Shown: positions 8,141 to 17,821, numbered from the stretch's first letter. The stretch: 64,000 nt of DNA from Candidatus Eiseniibacteriota bacterium (GCA_963703225.1 OY969801.1:1920001-1984000); one strand, 5' to 3'. The notes: generated by a model from the sequence alone, not told the origin. Made by a program: numbers and translations.

Positions 8141-10924
8141 CTAGCGTGCCAGCACCACCTTCCGCACCTGAACCTCGCCTCCAGACTCCAGCCGCAGGAA
8201 ATACGTCCCCGAGCCAACCTCCCGCCCGGCCCCATCCCGTCCGTCCCACACAACCGACCCCCAGCCCGCGCCCTCCTCCCGATCCACGATCGAGGCCACC
8301 CGCCGCCCCTGCACGTCGTACACCGACAGCCGCACCCGCCCCCCGCGTGGGAGCCCGTACGAGAGCTCTGCTTGTCTCCCAAATGGGTTCGGCCGAGCCG
8401 ACTCCAGGCGAACCACCGCCGGAGCGCCCCTCCCCACCGGCACCGACACCCACGCCTCGACCGCAGTCTCGTAGCCTGTCACATCCCGAACCACCAGTCG
8501 ATAACCGTAGCTCACCCCGGGCGACACGGTGTCGTCTTCGTAGATGATTCGACGGTTCGCATTGGGCTCGGGGTGCCCTTGGAGGGTCCAGTCGCTGTCT
8601 GTGGCACGCCGGTAGACGCTCGTGAGCAAGATCTTGTCGCCGGATGCGTACCACTCGATCCGCACGCGACCCGCGGTCGCCTCCGCGCTCAGCGTCAGGA
8701 CGCTGACGGCCGTGGTTACCTCGGTGAGGTTCCGAAGGATCGACACGGAGAAGCCGCTATGATTCGCCGTCACGAGATCGGGCTTCCCGTCCCCGCTCAC
8801 GTCCCCGATGGCGACGGATTGGGGGCGGGGCCCCGTCCCGAAGTCCACCTTCGACTGGAAGGTGCCGTCCCCATTCCCCAGCAGCACCGATACGGTAAAA
8901 AAGCCAAAGGAAGTGGCGCCAGTGTTCGTCACCACGAGATCCGGCTTCCCGTCACCGCTCACGTCCCCGATCGCGACGGAGTAGGGGCTGGCCCCCGTTC
9001 TGTAATCCACCTTCGTCTGGAAGGTACCGTCCCCATTGCCCAGCAGCACCGATGCGGTGCTGGCGGTACCGTTCGCCGTCACGAGATCCGGCTTCCCGTC
9101 GCCGCTCACGTCGCCGATCGCGACGGAGTAGGGGAAGGCCCCCGTTGCGTAGTCCACCTTCGTCTGGAACGTACCGTCCCCATTCCCCAAAAGGACCGAC
9201 AAGGTGCTGGCGGTACCGTTCGCCGTCACGAGATCCGGTTTCCCGTCGCCGCTCACGTCGCCGATCGCGACGGAGTAGGGGATGGCCCCCGTCCCGTAGT
9301 CGACCGTCGTCTGGAACGTGCCGTCCCCATTGCCCAAGAGCACTGACACGGTGCTGGCGCCAAGGTTCGCCGTCACGAGATCCGGTTTCCCGTCACCACT
9401 CACGTCCCCGATCGCGACGGCGTTGGGGAAGGCCCCCGCCCCGTAATCAACGTTCGTCTGGAAGGTACCGTCCCCATTCCCCAACAGCACCGACACAGTG
9501 CTGGCGCCGTAGTTCGCCGTCACTAAATCCGGCTTCCCGTCACCGCTTACGTCCCCGACCGCGGCGAAGTTGGGGTTGAAGCCCGTCGCGTAATCAACCT
9601 TCAGGTGGAACGTACCGTTCCCATTCCCCAACAGCACCGATGCGGTGTTGTCTCCGTAGTTTGCCGTCACCAAATCCGGATTCCCGTCCCCGCTTACGTC
9701 CCCGATCGCAACGGATTGAGGGAAGGTCCCTGCCGCGCGGTCCTCGCTCGTCCGGAACGTGCCGTCCCCACGGCCCACGAGCACCCACACGGCCGCCGCG
9801 GGACCCACGTAGTTCGCCGTCACGATATCCGGCTCCCCGTCTCCGCTCACGTCCCCGATCGCGACGGAGTTGGGGGCGACTCCCGTTAGGAATTCCCTCT
9901 TCGTCTGGAACGTGCCGTCCCCATTCCCCAAGAGCACCGATACGGTACTGATGTCACCGTCCGGCGTCACGAGATCCGGCTTCCCGTCACCGCTCACGTC
10001 CCCGATCGCGACGGAGTAGGGGCCGGCCCCCGTCCCGTAGTCCGCCTTCGTCTGGAACGTGCCGTTCCCATTCCCCAAGAGCACCGACACGGTGCTGGCG
10101 TCATGGTTCGCCGTCATGAGATCGGGCTTCCCGTCACCACTCACGTCCCCGATTGCGACGGAGTAGGGGGCGCTCCCTGTCCCGTAGTCCACCTTCGTCT
10201 GGAACGTACCGTCCCCGTTCCCCAGCAGCACCGACACGGTACTGACGCCGTCTGTCGTCGCGAGATCCGGTTTCCCGTCACCGCTCACGTCCCCGATCGC
10301 CGCGGATGCGGGGCTGGCCCCCGTCCCATAGTCCACCTTTGTCTGGAACGTGCCGTCCCCATTCCCCAGCAGCACCGACACGGTGTTGCCTCCAAGGTTC
10401 GCCGTCACGAGATCCGGCTTCCCGTCACCGCTCACGTCCCCGATCGCGATAGAGTAGGGGCCGGCCCCCGTTCCGTAGTCCACCTTCGTCTGGAAGGTAC
10501 CGTCCCCATTCCCCAAGAGGGTCGACACGGTGCTGACGCCATAGTTCGCCGCCACGAGGTCCGGCTTCCCATCCCCGCTTACGTCCCCGATCGCGACGGA
10601 GTAGGGGGTGCTCCCCACTCCGTAGTTCACCTTCGTTTGGAACGTACCGTCCCCATTCCCCAACAGCACCGACACGATGCTGCCTACAGGGTCCGCCGTC
10701 ACGATATCCGGCTTCCCGTCCCCGCTCACGTCTCCGATCGCGACGGAGAAGGGGGCGCCCCCCACATCGAACGAAAGGGCCGCGCTGAACATAGGACCGG
10801 CCCACGCACTCCCCACCACCGCCCCCTCCAGCCCCACACAGAGAATCAGGGCCGAGAGCAACCTGGCCGACCTGGACCTGAGCGCACAACCAGAGAGCCG
10901 ATCGATCACCCAAGCGAACGACAT
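8141..10924 (-). CDS. Secreted FG-GAP repeat protein (14 repeats, probably two 7-bladed propellers) with FlgD-Ig-like C-terminal domain
   Basis: Signal peptide; 14x (A)IGDVSGDGKPDL..VSVLLGNGDGTF; PNPF..VYDVQGRRV..WDGRDGAGREVGSGTYFLRL C-terminus. Confidence 0.93.
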   Translation of the reverse strand: MSFAWVIDRLSGCALRSRSARLLSALILCVGLEGAVVGSAWAGPMFSAALSFDVGGAPFSVAIGDVSGDGKPDIVTADPVGSIVSVLLGNGDGTFQTKVNYGVGSTPYSVAIGDVSGDGKPDLVAANYGVSTVSTLLGNGDGTFQTKVDYGTGAGPYSIAIGDVSGDGKPDLVTANLGGNTVSVLLGNGDGTFQTKVDYGTGASPASAAIGDVSGDGKPDLATTDGVSTVSVLLGNGDGTFQTKVDYGTGSAPYSVAIGDVSGDGKPDLMTANHDASTVSVLLGNGNGTFQTKADYGTGAGPYSVAIGDVSGDGKPDLVTPDGDISTVSVLLGNGDGTFQTKREFLTGVAPNSVAIGDVSGDGEPDIVTANYVGPAAAVWVLVGRGDGTFRTSEDRAAGTFPQSVAIGDVSGDGNPDLVTANYGDNTASVLLGNGNGTFHLKVDYATGFNPNFAAVGDVSGDGKPDLVTANYGASTVSVLLGNGDGTFQTNVDYGAGAFPNAVAIGDVSGDGKPDLVTANLGASTVSVLLGNGDGTFQTTVDYGTGAIPYSVAIGDVSGDGKPDLVTANGTASTLSVLLGNGDGTFQTKVDYATGAFPYSVAIGDVSGDGKPDLVTANGTASTASVLLGNGDGTFQTKVDYRTGASPYSVAIGDVSGDGKPDLVVTNTGATSFGFFTVSVLLGNGDGTFQSKVDFGTGPRPQSVAIGDVSGDGKPDLVTANHSGFSVSILRNLTEVTTAVSVLTLSAEATAGRVRIEWYASGDKILLTSVYRRATDSDWTLQGHPEPNANRRIIYEDDTVSPGVSYGYRLVVRDVTGYETAVEAWVSVPVGRGAPAVVRLESARPNPFGRQAELSYGLPRGGRVRLSVYDVQGRRVASIVDREEGAGWGSVVWDGRDGAGREVGSGTYFLRLESGGEVQVRKVVLAR
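8730..10770. repeat. ~147 bp tandem coding repeats (14 units)
   Basis: Recurring ccgtcaccgctcacgtccccgatcgcgacggagtagg...ttcgtctggaacgtgccgtccccattcccc. Confidence 0.9.
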
Positions 10925-11172
10925 GATTCACCCCCGTGAGTTGACCCTGGAATGCCCCTCGATTCGCTAGTCACTTGAGGAGCTAGATTGAAGTTCGGTC
11001 CCATACCCGGCCGGGCTCCGCGTGCCCAGCACCGCATGGGGCGTCCTCGTATTGTAATGCGGCGAGCCCGGCGGACCACTGACCTCTCGATTCGGGGGCG
11101 AAGGGTACTTGATTGCAGCGACCGTGCTTGCGGCGGGCGGGGTTCAGCTCGTTGAAATCCAGCGCGATCGAA

Positions 11173-11210
11173 TTTGCAGACCGTCGCCATAGCCACTTGG
11201 CTATGCCGCC
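11173..11210 (-). pseudogene. tRNA-Cys(GCA) 5' half, copy 2
   Basis: Reverse complement GGCGGCATAGCCAAGTGGCTATGGCGACGGTCTGCAAA; homology ends at the anticodon loop. Confidence 0.85.
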
Positions 11211-11229
11211 ATCCCATTGCAGTACTTGG

Positions 11230-11258
11230 AGGTTACACGCTTCCGGTACGCGCTTCAA
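11230..11258 (-). promoter_or_regulatory. sigma70-like promoter upstream of tRNA-Cys half copy 2
   Basis: TTGAAG-17 nt-TAACCT on minus strand; sequence unrelated to the promoters of the 5329 and 14276 copies. Confidence 0.55.
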
Positions 11259-11310
11259 CGTCGTTGGCTTGGTGGATCTCTAGGGCGCCAGTAGGCGCTG
11301 GCTTCGGCCA

Positions 11311-13137
11311 CTAGCCATTGCTTGCCAGCAGCTCGGCGACCACACTTTCGATGTAGCGATTTGCCAGCGCGGGCTCGGGCAGCAAGCCGTGGCCGACTGG
11401 CTCAGTCACGTAGGAACCCTCCATGTAACGGTCGCCGAGCACGTTCTGCTCTAGATGGCGTGTGAGCACCTCGTCGGCGGGACCGGCCTCCTCGTTGGAG
11501 AAGACGAACCGAACGCTCGGAATATGTTTCGTGGCGGCACGGTACCAGCCCGGCAGCGGATCCCCGCCACGTTCGAACGGGGCGATCAGCTCGGCGGAGT
11601 AGCGCCTCAGCGGCTCGAGGTCGGAAGCGAATTTCATGAAGGTCTGCGAAATGTAGGTCTGCGCTACGAGCCACCCGGAGAGAGAGGTGATTCCATCGCC
11701 GAGCGACTTGAGCGCCTGGAGAATCCCGTCGGGATTGACAACGTCCATTTTGGCATAGAGCCTCGAAACGAAGCAGGTCTCGAGGCTGATATTGGTCCCC
11801 AGCGCCACGAGCCCCGCGACTTTGACACCCACACCTTCATCCGAATCGAGCATGCGCAGGAATTGGTCGGCTCCCGCTGAAAACCCGACGAGAACCGTGC
11901 GCGACGGTCGGCACTCGCGCTCGAGTCCCGCGAGCAGAATCCGCAGCAATTGGGAATGATCATCGAAGGCGAGTACTGGCCGGTACGTGTCGCCCGGCGC
12001 GAACCCGGCGAGAGACAGGGAGACTGCTCGGTAGGGAAGGCTCCTCACCGACGATTCAAACCTGCGATGGTCGCCCCCCACGCCGTGGAGAAAGACGATG
12101 AGCGTCTCAGACTCCCTTCTGTTGTCCAGATAGCTCAGGGGATACCCGATGAGGCGCGGGTTGCGAACCGACAGTTGCCGCACGTGGGCCGCCGTCAGCA
12201 CAAAGTGCCGTTCTGCCGGCTCCGCGATCTTGCGATCAGCGGAAGAAGCGGCGGCGCCCGCGATTTCCAGCTCGCGCAGCAGATCCTCAAGCTCGTTCCG
12301 CACGTCGAGGCTCGTTTGAACCCGGCGATCGGGATGCTTGGCCAGGCAGCGCCGGACGAGCCACGCGACTTGAGGTGGCGTGTCGGGGCGCAGCGTGGCC
12401 AGCGCGGGCGCATCTTGGTTGAGAATGGCGCTCATCACGTCGGCCGAGGTGCGCCCGCCGAACGGCCTCCGCCCGCAGAGCATCTCGAAGAGGACGGTGC
12501 CGAGGGAGAAGACGTCGGTGCGGGCATCGACAGGCTCACCGCGAATCTGCTCGGGCGACAGGTAGGCAGTGGTGCCCAAGATCGCTCCGGGGCTGGTCAT
12601 CGTACCGGGCGGGATCGTCTCCCCAGCGGGGCCGGGACCTGGCACCGACACTTCCGCACCCGCCAACTTGGCAAGGCCAAAGTCGAGCACCTTCACGCTC
12701 CCGCCCTTCGTTACGTGGAGGTTCTCGGGCTTTATGTCGCGGTGGATGATTCCCATCGCGTGGGCCGCCGCAAGGCCCGCCGCCGCCTGCGCGGCGTAGT
12801 CGAGTGCTTTGCGAAGAGGGATCCTTCCCCCCTGGAGGATTTCGCGGAGGGTCTCGCCTTCGAGCAACTCCATCACAACAAAGGGCGAGCCCTCGTGCGT
12901 CCCGAGGTCGTAGACGGCACAGACGTTGGGATGGCTCAAAGTGCCGGCCGCGCGGGCTTCCTGCTCGAATCGCCGCACCCGCTCGGAGTCGCCGGAGCTC
13001 TCGCGCGGAATGACCTTGATGGCGACGTCCCGTCCAAGCCGCGAGTCGTGCGTGCGATAGACCTCTCCCATGCCCCCAGCGCCAAGAGGGGCGACGATCT
13101 CGTAGGGGCCGAGGCGAGTGCCGACGGTCAGTGCCAT
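11311..13137 (-). CDS. Ser/Thr kinase fused to C-terminal alpha/beta-hydrolase domain
   Basis: MALTVGTRLGPYEI kinase start, HRDIKPEN, DFG; then VFLHGVGG, GFSAG nucleophile elbow, C-terminal GHG. Confidence 0.88.
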   Translation of the reverse strand: MALTVGTRLGPYEIVAPLGAGGMGEVYRTHDSRLGRDVAIKVIPRESSGDSERVRRFEQEARAAGTLSHPNVCAVYDLGTHEGSPFVVMELLEGETLREILQGGRIPLRKALDYAAQAAAGLAAAHAMGIIHRDIKPENLHVTKGGSVKVLDFGLAKLAGAEVSVPGPGPAGETIPPGTMTSPGAILGTTAYLSPEQIRGEPVDARTDVFSLGTVLFEMLCGRRPFGGRTSADVMSAILNQDAPALATLRPDTPPQVAWLVRRCLAKHPDRRVQTSLDVRNELEDLLRELEIAGAAASSADRKIAEPAERHFVLTAAHVRQLSVRNPRLIGYPLSYLDNRRESETLIVFLHGVGGDHRRFESSVRSLPYRAVSLSLAGFAPGDTYRPVLAFDDHSQLLRILLAGLERECRPSRTVLVGFSAGADQFLRMLDSDEGVGVKVAGLVALGTNISLETCFVSRLYAKMDVVNPDGILQALKSLGDGITSLSGWLVAQTYISQTFMKFASDLEPLRRYSAELIAPFERGGDPLPGWYRAATKHIPSVRFVFSNEEAGPADEVLTRHLEQNVLGDRYMEGSYVTEPVGHGLLPEPALANRYIESVVAELLASNG

Positions 13138-13212
13138 GAAGCGCGACTCTAGCCGGGACGAGACTCCCATGTCACCAGGAACGCGGATTGAGGCTCATGA
13201 GGGTCGCTCGAC

Positions 13213-13307
13213 TGGCTACGGTCAGGTTGGCCATTCCTGGCAATCGTTGGCCACCGTTGCCCAGGCAAAGAACGAAGCCCCAGGAGGGCCATCCCCCCGG
13301 GGCTTCG
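13213..13307. repeat. Second copy of the arm-repeat + hairpin module
   Basis: tggctacggtcaggttggccattcctggcaatcgttggccaccgttg...gaagccccaggagggccatccccccggggcttc aligns with 5165-5259. Confidence 0.8.
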
Positions 13308-13338
13308 AAACCGACCATTCGGCGGCGGGATTGTTGGA

Positions 13339-13371
13339 TGCAGACCAGTTGCTCTACGCTCGTATGCCGCC
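13339..13371 (-). pseudogene. Degenerate tRNA-Cys 5' half
   Basis: tgcagacc.....tatgccgcc ends preserved, placed just right of the hairpin module as in copy 1. Confidence 0.5.
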
Positions 13372-13444
13372 CCAACTACCTCATCGAGGCATGGTTCGGG
13401 ATCCTCACGCGCAAATCCCGAGGGAAGCAGCCGTGACGGCCGGG

Positions 13445-13930
13445 TCACTTCTTCCAGTTCGCTATCACCATGACGGGGAACGTGCCTCCACTCTTGGCAA
13501 TGTTGACGAGTCCAACTTGGACTCCTTGGAGAGACTTCGCGTAGTTCACGATCGCCAATTGCAGCCCCCCCGCAGTGCCCGCGTAGTTGAAGGTGCTCCA
13601 CTGGAGGCCATCCGTCGTACCCTTGTTGTAGCCGATTGCCGAAAGCTGGACTCCCTTGAAGTTGCCCTCGTTTACGTTGACGAACCCCCACTGCAGTCCA
13701 CTCGACATGGTGGACGTATGATTCACGAGGCCCAGATCCACACCCTTGACCGAAGCGTTCTTGCCGTAGAGCAGGTTGAAGCGAAAGGCGGTGACTCCAT
13801 CTTCCGGCTTGACCAAAGCGACCGGCGAGAATAGCGACAGGTTCACCGGCTTGTCGGCCGCTATGGCGGGCGATGCGGATAGAGTCGTTATCACGAGCGC
13901 GAACCACCAGGCCCCACGAATCGATCTCAT
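13445..13930 (-). CDS. Secreted beta-solenoid surface repeat protein (LA_2272/VC2662-like)
   Basis: Signal peptide, PVNLSL, repeated GVDLGLVN/GLQWGFVN/GVQVGLVN units, terminal PVMVIANW; RBS GGAG. Confidence 0.75.
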   Translation of the reverse strand: MRSIRGAWWFALVITTLSASPAIAADKPVNLSLFSPVALVKPEDGVTAFRFNLLYGKNASVKGVDLGLVNHTSTMSSGLQWGFVNVNEGNFKGVQLSAIGYNKGTTDGLQWSTFNYAGTAGGLQLAIVNYAKSLQGVQVGLVNIAKSGGTFPVMVIANWKK

Positions 13931-14275
13931 GACTATCTCCCCCAAGGTATCTTGATTGCCTCACAAGTGCTCGCCACCCCGAGCCGACATGCTAGCAGCG
14001 ATTCGATTGGCAAGCAATGAAAGGGCCGTAAGGCGGACCGCGTATGCCGCCGTCCTCCAGCCCGCGCATCGCATCTAGAGGAAATGCACGTGAGAATGAT
14101 GGCGAGCGCGAGAGAGGAATGGGTGCGCAGCGACATGGGTGCCGTTGTATCATCGCCGACACTCACTGGAGGGTGCACTGTGGGACGAGTGCCACGCTAT
14201 CAGCCTCCGGCCGCTGGGTCCAACCAATGAATACCTCGGTCGACTTCGGCTACCTAGAGAAGGAAGCCCCAGGAC

Positions 14276-14313
14276 TTTGCAGATCGTCGCCTTGGCCGCT
14301 TGGCTATGCCGCC
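14276..14313 (-). pseudogene. tRNA-Cys(GCA) 5' half, rightmost copy
   Basis: Reverse complement GGCGGCATAGCCAAGCGGCCAAGGCGACGATCTGCAAA; flanks homologous to 5210-5432. Confidence 0.82.
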
Positions 14314-14327
14314 CCCGCAAGTGATTG

Positions 14328-14355
14328 AATATAGCGTGGTTGGCAGCGGGCGCAA
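14328..14355 (-). promoter_or_regulatory. sigma70-like promoter upstream of the rightmost tRNA-Cys half
   Basis: TTGCGC-16 nt-TATATT, homologous to 5381-5408. Confidence 0.6.
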
Positions 14356-14487
14356 ACGCGGAGATGATGCCTTTCCCTTCGTGCCTCGACTGCTGGCGGG
14401 CGCGTCGACCGTCAGCCTGACAAAGAAGTATATTTTGCGATGGCTCTATCGTCCCTCCACGCACCCATCGCCCCGAAAGGATCCAGA

Positions 14488-15408
14488 ATGAGAATCCGTG
14501 GACTCATCTGCATCGCTGTTGGCCTGATGCTCGCCGCCTCGACGGCGCGGGCCGAAGAGGTGACCATCGTGAGCGACGTGCTCGGGCCCGAAGGACCACT
14601 GTTCGTGGACGGGAATCTCTATTTCGTGGCATGGACATCCGGCACGCTCTCAAAGTGGGACGGCAAGACCACCACCGTTCTGAACTCGCTGCCGGGCTGC
14701 AGCCACAATGGCCTCGCGCTCACCAAGCAGAGGACCTTCCTGCTCGCGTGCACCGACGAGCATGGCGCGATCCTAGAACTCGACATGAATGGCAAGCAAT
14801 TGCGCCGCTGGGAGGCCGATGACAAGGGCAGCAAGTTCGATGGCGGCATCAACGACATCGTGGTCACGGCGAGCGGGGGCGCGTATGCCACCGTGTTTGG
14901 ACCCTATCAGAGCGTGCCGACCGCGGTGGCCGGCAGAGTCCTTTACCTTGCGCCGGGCGGGCGGCAGTGGGTCGAGGTCGCGAACGACCTCAACTACGCC
15001 AATGGCATCGGCATCTCCCCCGATCAGAAGACGCTCTACGTCAGCGAGACGATCGGGAACTGTATTCTGAAATTCACAGTCAACGACGACGGCTCCCTGA
15101 GCCACCGCGCAAATTTCGCCCTCCTGAATCTCCTGGTACCCAACAAGAACGTTTCGTGGTGGCTGGGACCGGACAGCATGAAGATCGACGACAAGGGCAA
15201 CATGTACGTCGCTCAGTGGTTCGGCGGGAAGATTTTGAAGATCGCTCCCGACGGCACGCTGCTCCACGTGTTCCCCATCGCCGCGGGCGACGGCACCACC
15301 AATGTGGCGTTCGGCCCCGGCGGGAAGGATCTCTACGTTACGGTCGTGAAGGACCCGAACGACCCGCAGGCGAAGGGCAGCATCGTGAGGATCCCGAACG
15401 TCGAGTAG
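14488..15408 (+). CDS. Secreted SMP-30/gluconolactonase/LRE family protein
   Basis: Signal peptide; GPEGP, IND, NGIGISPDQKTLYVSET, GPDSMKID, TNVAFG. Confidence 0.9.
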   Translation: MRIRGLICIAVGLMLAASTARAEEVTIVSDVLGPEGPLFVDGNLYFVAWTSGTLSKWDGKTTTVLNSLPGCSHNGLALTKQRTFLLACTDEHGAILELDMNGKQLRRWEADDKGSKFDGGINDIVVTASGGAYATVFGPYQSVPTAVAGRVLYLAPGGRQWVEVANDLNYANGIGISPDQKTLYVSETIGNCILKFTVNDDGSLSHRANFALLNLLVPNKNVSWWLGPDSMKIDDKGNMYVAQWFGGKILKIAPDGTLLHVFPIAAGDGTTNVAFGPGGKDLYVTVVKDPNDPQAKGSIVRIPNVE

Positions 15409-15559
15409 CGGCCAAGGCTTCGTGGGCGTGCTTGTTGCGGAAATCCGGGAAGGCCATGGGCTCATCGGCATCGTACCCTAGCCGGGGCGCCGGAAACTCC
15501 CTAGCCCTGGCCTGGATGGCTCTACCCCGGCAGCCTTCGCTGCGCCTCCGGGCCGTGCC

Positions 15560-17821
15560 TCACTCCCAAACCTCGCGCATGACCTCTTTGAATCGGGGAC
15601 GCGTGCGATGGTATTCCCAGAATGGGAGCCTGCGGGACCAGAGCAGCAGCGGATCGCGCTCGGCCACGGCGCGCTCTGCCCAGCGAATCGCCGGCTCCTC
15701 GAGGTCCGCGCAGCCGGCCGTCACCGAGAGCCAGCAGGGCGACACGAACTCGTGGCGCGAGCGCCCCTCCAACTCGTCATAGCACGCGCGCGCGCGGTCC
15801 GGCTGGCAGGCCCGACCGTACGTCCAGGCCAGCAGGCCGAGCGCCCAGTGGTGGCGGCCCGAATCCCCCAGCAAGGACGGCGCCTCCTCGATGGCGAGGT
15901 CGTAGTGGCCGGCCCACGCGTGGGCGCGCATCAGGTTCCAGCGGGCGAAGAAGGATTCCGCGTCGAGGCCCATGGACCGCTTCGCCTCGACGGCCGATTC
16001 CTCGTGCCTTCCCGCGATTCCAAGAAGGTAGGAGTGCATGCCACCAACCCAGGGGTTGAGCGGATCGTCTTGAACGGCGCGACGAAGCTCGGCGAGGCCC
16101 TCTTCGTCCGGCATCGCGCCGCGGATGACCCTCCACAGCGCCCACTGGGCGCGGGTGGTCGCGTTGCGCGGCTCGAGTTCCAGCGCCCGTCCGTACAGCG
16201 AGTCGGATCGCGGGAAGTTGCGGTCGTATTGCTCCTCCACGGCCGCCAGCGTCGCCCAGGCTTCGACAAGTCCCGGATCGATCGCCAGGGCCCGCTCGGC
16301 GAGGACCTTCGATTTCGACATGACCTCGGCGAACGGGGCGACGCCGAAGGTGCCCATCAGCCGGTAGGAATCGGACAGCGACGCCAGGGGCTCCGCGTAC
16401 TTAGGATCGATTGCGATCGCCTTCTCGAAGAGGGTGACCGCCTGCAGCATGAACCGGCCCCGCTTGATCAGCAGCGCGCGGCCCCGTAGCAACAACTCGT
16501 ACGCCTCGAGGTTCTTGGTGCCGCCGCGCGCGCGGCTTCGGTCCGCTTCGGCATGCATCGTCCCGCGAAGCCGTGTGGCGATGGCGCCTGCGATCTCGTC
16601 CTGCACCGCGAAGACGTCCGTCATCTCGCGATCGTAGCGCTCCGACCAGAGCTGGTAGCCGTCGGCGGCGTTGGCGAGCTGCACGGTGATCCGCAGGCGC
16701 GGCCCCGCCCGGCGAACGGTCCCTTCCAGCACGGTGGTCACGTCGAGCTTCTCGCCGATCGCACGCAGGTCCTCCCTCCGGCCCTTGAACGCGAAGCACG
16801 AGGCGCGGGCAGCAACCCGCAGGCCTTCGACCTGGGCGAGCGCATTCAGGATTTCGTCGGTGACGCCGTCGGCGAAGTATTCGTCGTCGGCCCCGCTCAG
16901 GTTCTCGAACGGCAGCACGGCGATCGACTTCTCTCGGCCCGCGGCGGCCTTTCCTCCACCCGAGGAGACGTCGGCCAGCTCCAGCCGCACGTCGCGAATG
17001 TCGCGCGGCCGCTCGTCCGCGTTCTTGCGCAGGCAGCGTCGTAGGATCTCGCGGATCCTCGGCGGCGTGCCCACCGGCAGCGCCGACCAGTCGGGCTCGC
17101 GCTCGAGGATTCGCGCGATCAGATCGGACGCGGTCTCACCGGCAAACGCCGGACTCCCGGTGAAGCACTCGAAGAGCACACAGCCGAACGACCACACGTC
17201 GCTCCGCCGATCCACCGGCTTGCCGCGCGCCTGTTCGGGGCTCATGTAGGCCGCGGTGCCGAGAATGACCCCGGCGGCCGTCGCGGCGGGCTGCTTGGAG
17301 AGCGTTGGCGAATCGGAGAGCATGGCGCCGCTCGCCGGCCCCGGATCGCTCTTCGCGAGCCCAAAGTCGAGCACCTTCGCCATCCCGGACTGATTGATCA
17401 TCACGTTGCCGGGCTTGAGATCGCGATGGACGATGCCGCGCTCGTGGGCAGCCTCAATCGCGCCCGCGATCTGAATGCCGAGCGCCAACGCCTCGCTCTG
17501 CGGCAACGCTCCGCGTGCCAGGCGCGCTGCGAGCGTCTCGCCTTCGACAAGCTCGAGGACGAGATGCGGCGCGCCTACGGACTCCTCGAGCCCGTAGATC
17601 GCCGCGATGTTCGGATGGTTCAGGGACGCGAGCGTCTGAGCCTCGCGCCGGAAGCGGGTCAGCCGTTCCGGGTCGGCGGCGAACGCGGGTGGGAGCGCCT
17701 TGATCGCGACATCGCGTCCGAGCCGCGTGTCGCGCGCGCGGTAGACCTCGCCCATACCTCCGGCGCCGAGAGGTCCGATGATTTCGTAGGGTCCGAGCCG
17801 GGTGCCGGGGGTGAGTCCCAT
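15560..17821 (-). CDS. Ser/Thr kinase with TolB-like domain and TPRs
   Basis: [42 protein letters not shown]; TPRs. Confidence 0.93.
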   Translation of the reverse strand: MGLTPGTRLGPYEIIGPLGAGGMGEVYRARDTRLGRDVAIKALPPAFAADPERLTRFRREAQTLASLNHPNIAAIYGLEESVGAPHLVLELVEGETLAARLARGALPQSEALALGIQIAGAIEAAHERGIVHRDLKPGNVMINQSGMAKVLDFGLAKSDPGPASGAMLSDSPTLSKQPAATAAGVILGTAAYMSPEQARGKPVDRRSDVWSFGCVLFECFTGSPAFAGETASDLIARILEREPDWSALPVGTPPRIREILRRCLRKNADERPRDIRDVRLELADVSSGGGKAAAGREKSIAVLPFENLSGADDEYFADGVTDEILNALAQVEGLRVAARASCFAFKGRREDLRAIGEKLDVTTVLEGTVRRAGPRLRITVQLANAADGYQLWSERYDREMTDVFAVQDEIAGAIATRLRGTMHAEADRSRARGGTKNLEAYELLLRGRALLIKRGRFMLQAVTLFEKAIAIDPKYAEPLASLSDSYRLMGTFGVAPFAEVMSKSKVLAERALAIDPGLVEAWATLAAVEEQYDRNFPRSDSLYGRALELEPRNATTRAQWALWRVIRGAMPDEEGLAELRRAVQDDPLNPWVGGMHSYLLGIAGRHEESAVEAKRSMGLDAESFFARWNLMRAHAWAGHYDLAIEEAPSLLGDSGRHHWALGLLAWTYGRACQPDRARACYDELEGRSRHEFVSPCWLSVTAGCADLEEPAIRWAERAVAERDPLLLWSRRLPFWEYHRTRPRFKEVMREVWE

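Noticed and set aside
8730..10770. Diversity-generating retroelement template/variable repeats
   Set aside because: No reverse transcriptase; differences are not adenine-specific; the repeats are in-frame propeller blades
14033..14051. Fifth tRNA-half remnant (gcggaccg-cgtatgccgcc) beside a signal-peptide-like scrap
   Set aside because: Match too short in GC-rich DNA to support
5329..14313. Repeated 38 nt sequence as a CRISPR repeat
   Set aside because: Spacing is kilobases, the sequence is a tRNA-Cys half, and there are no cas genes
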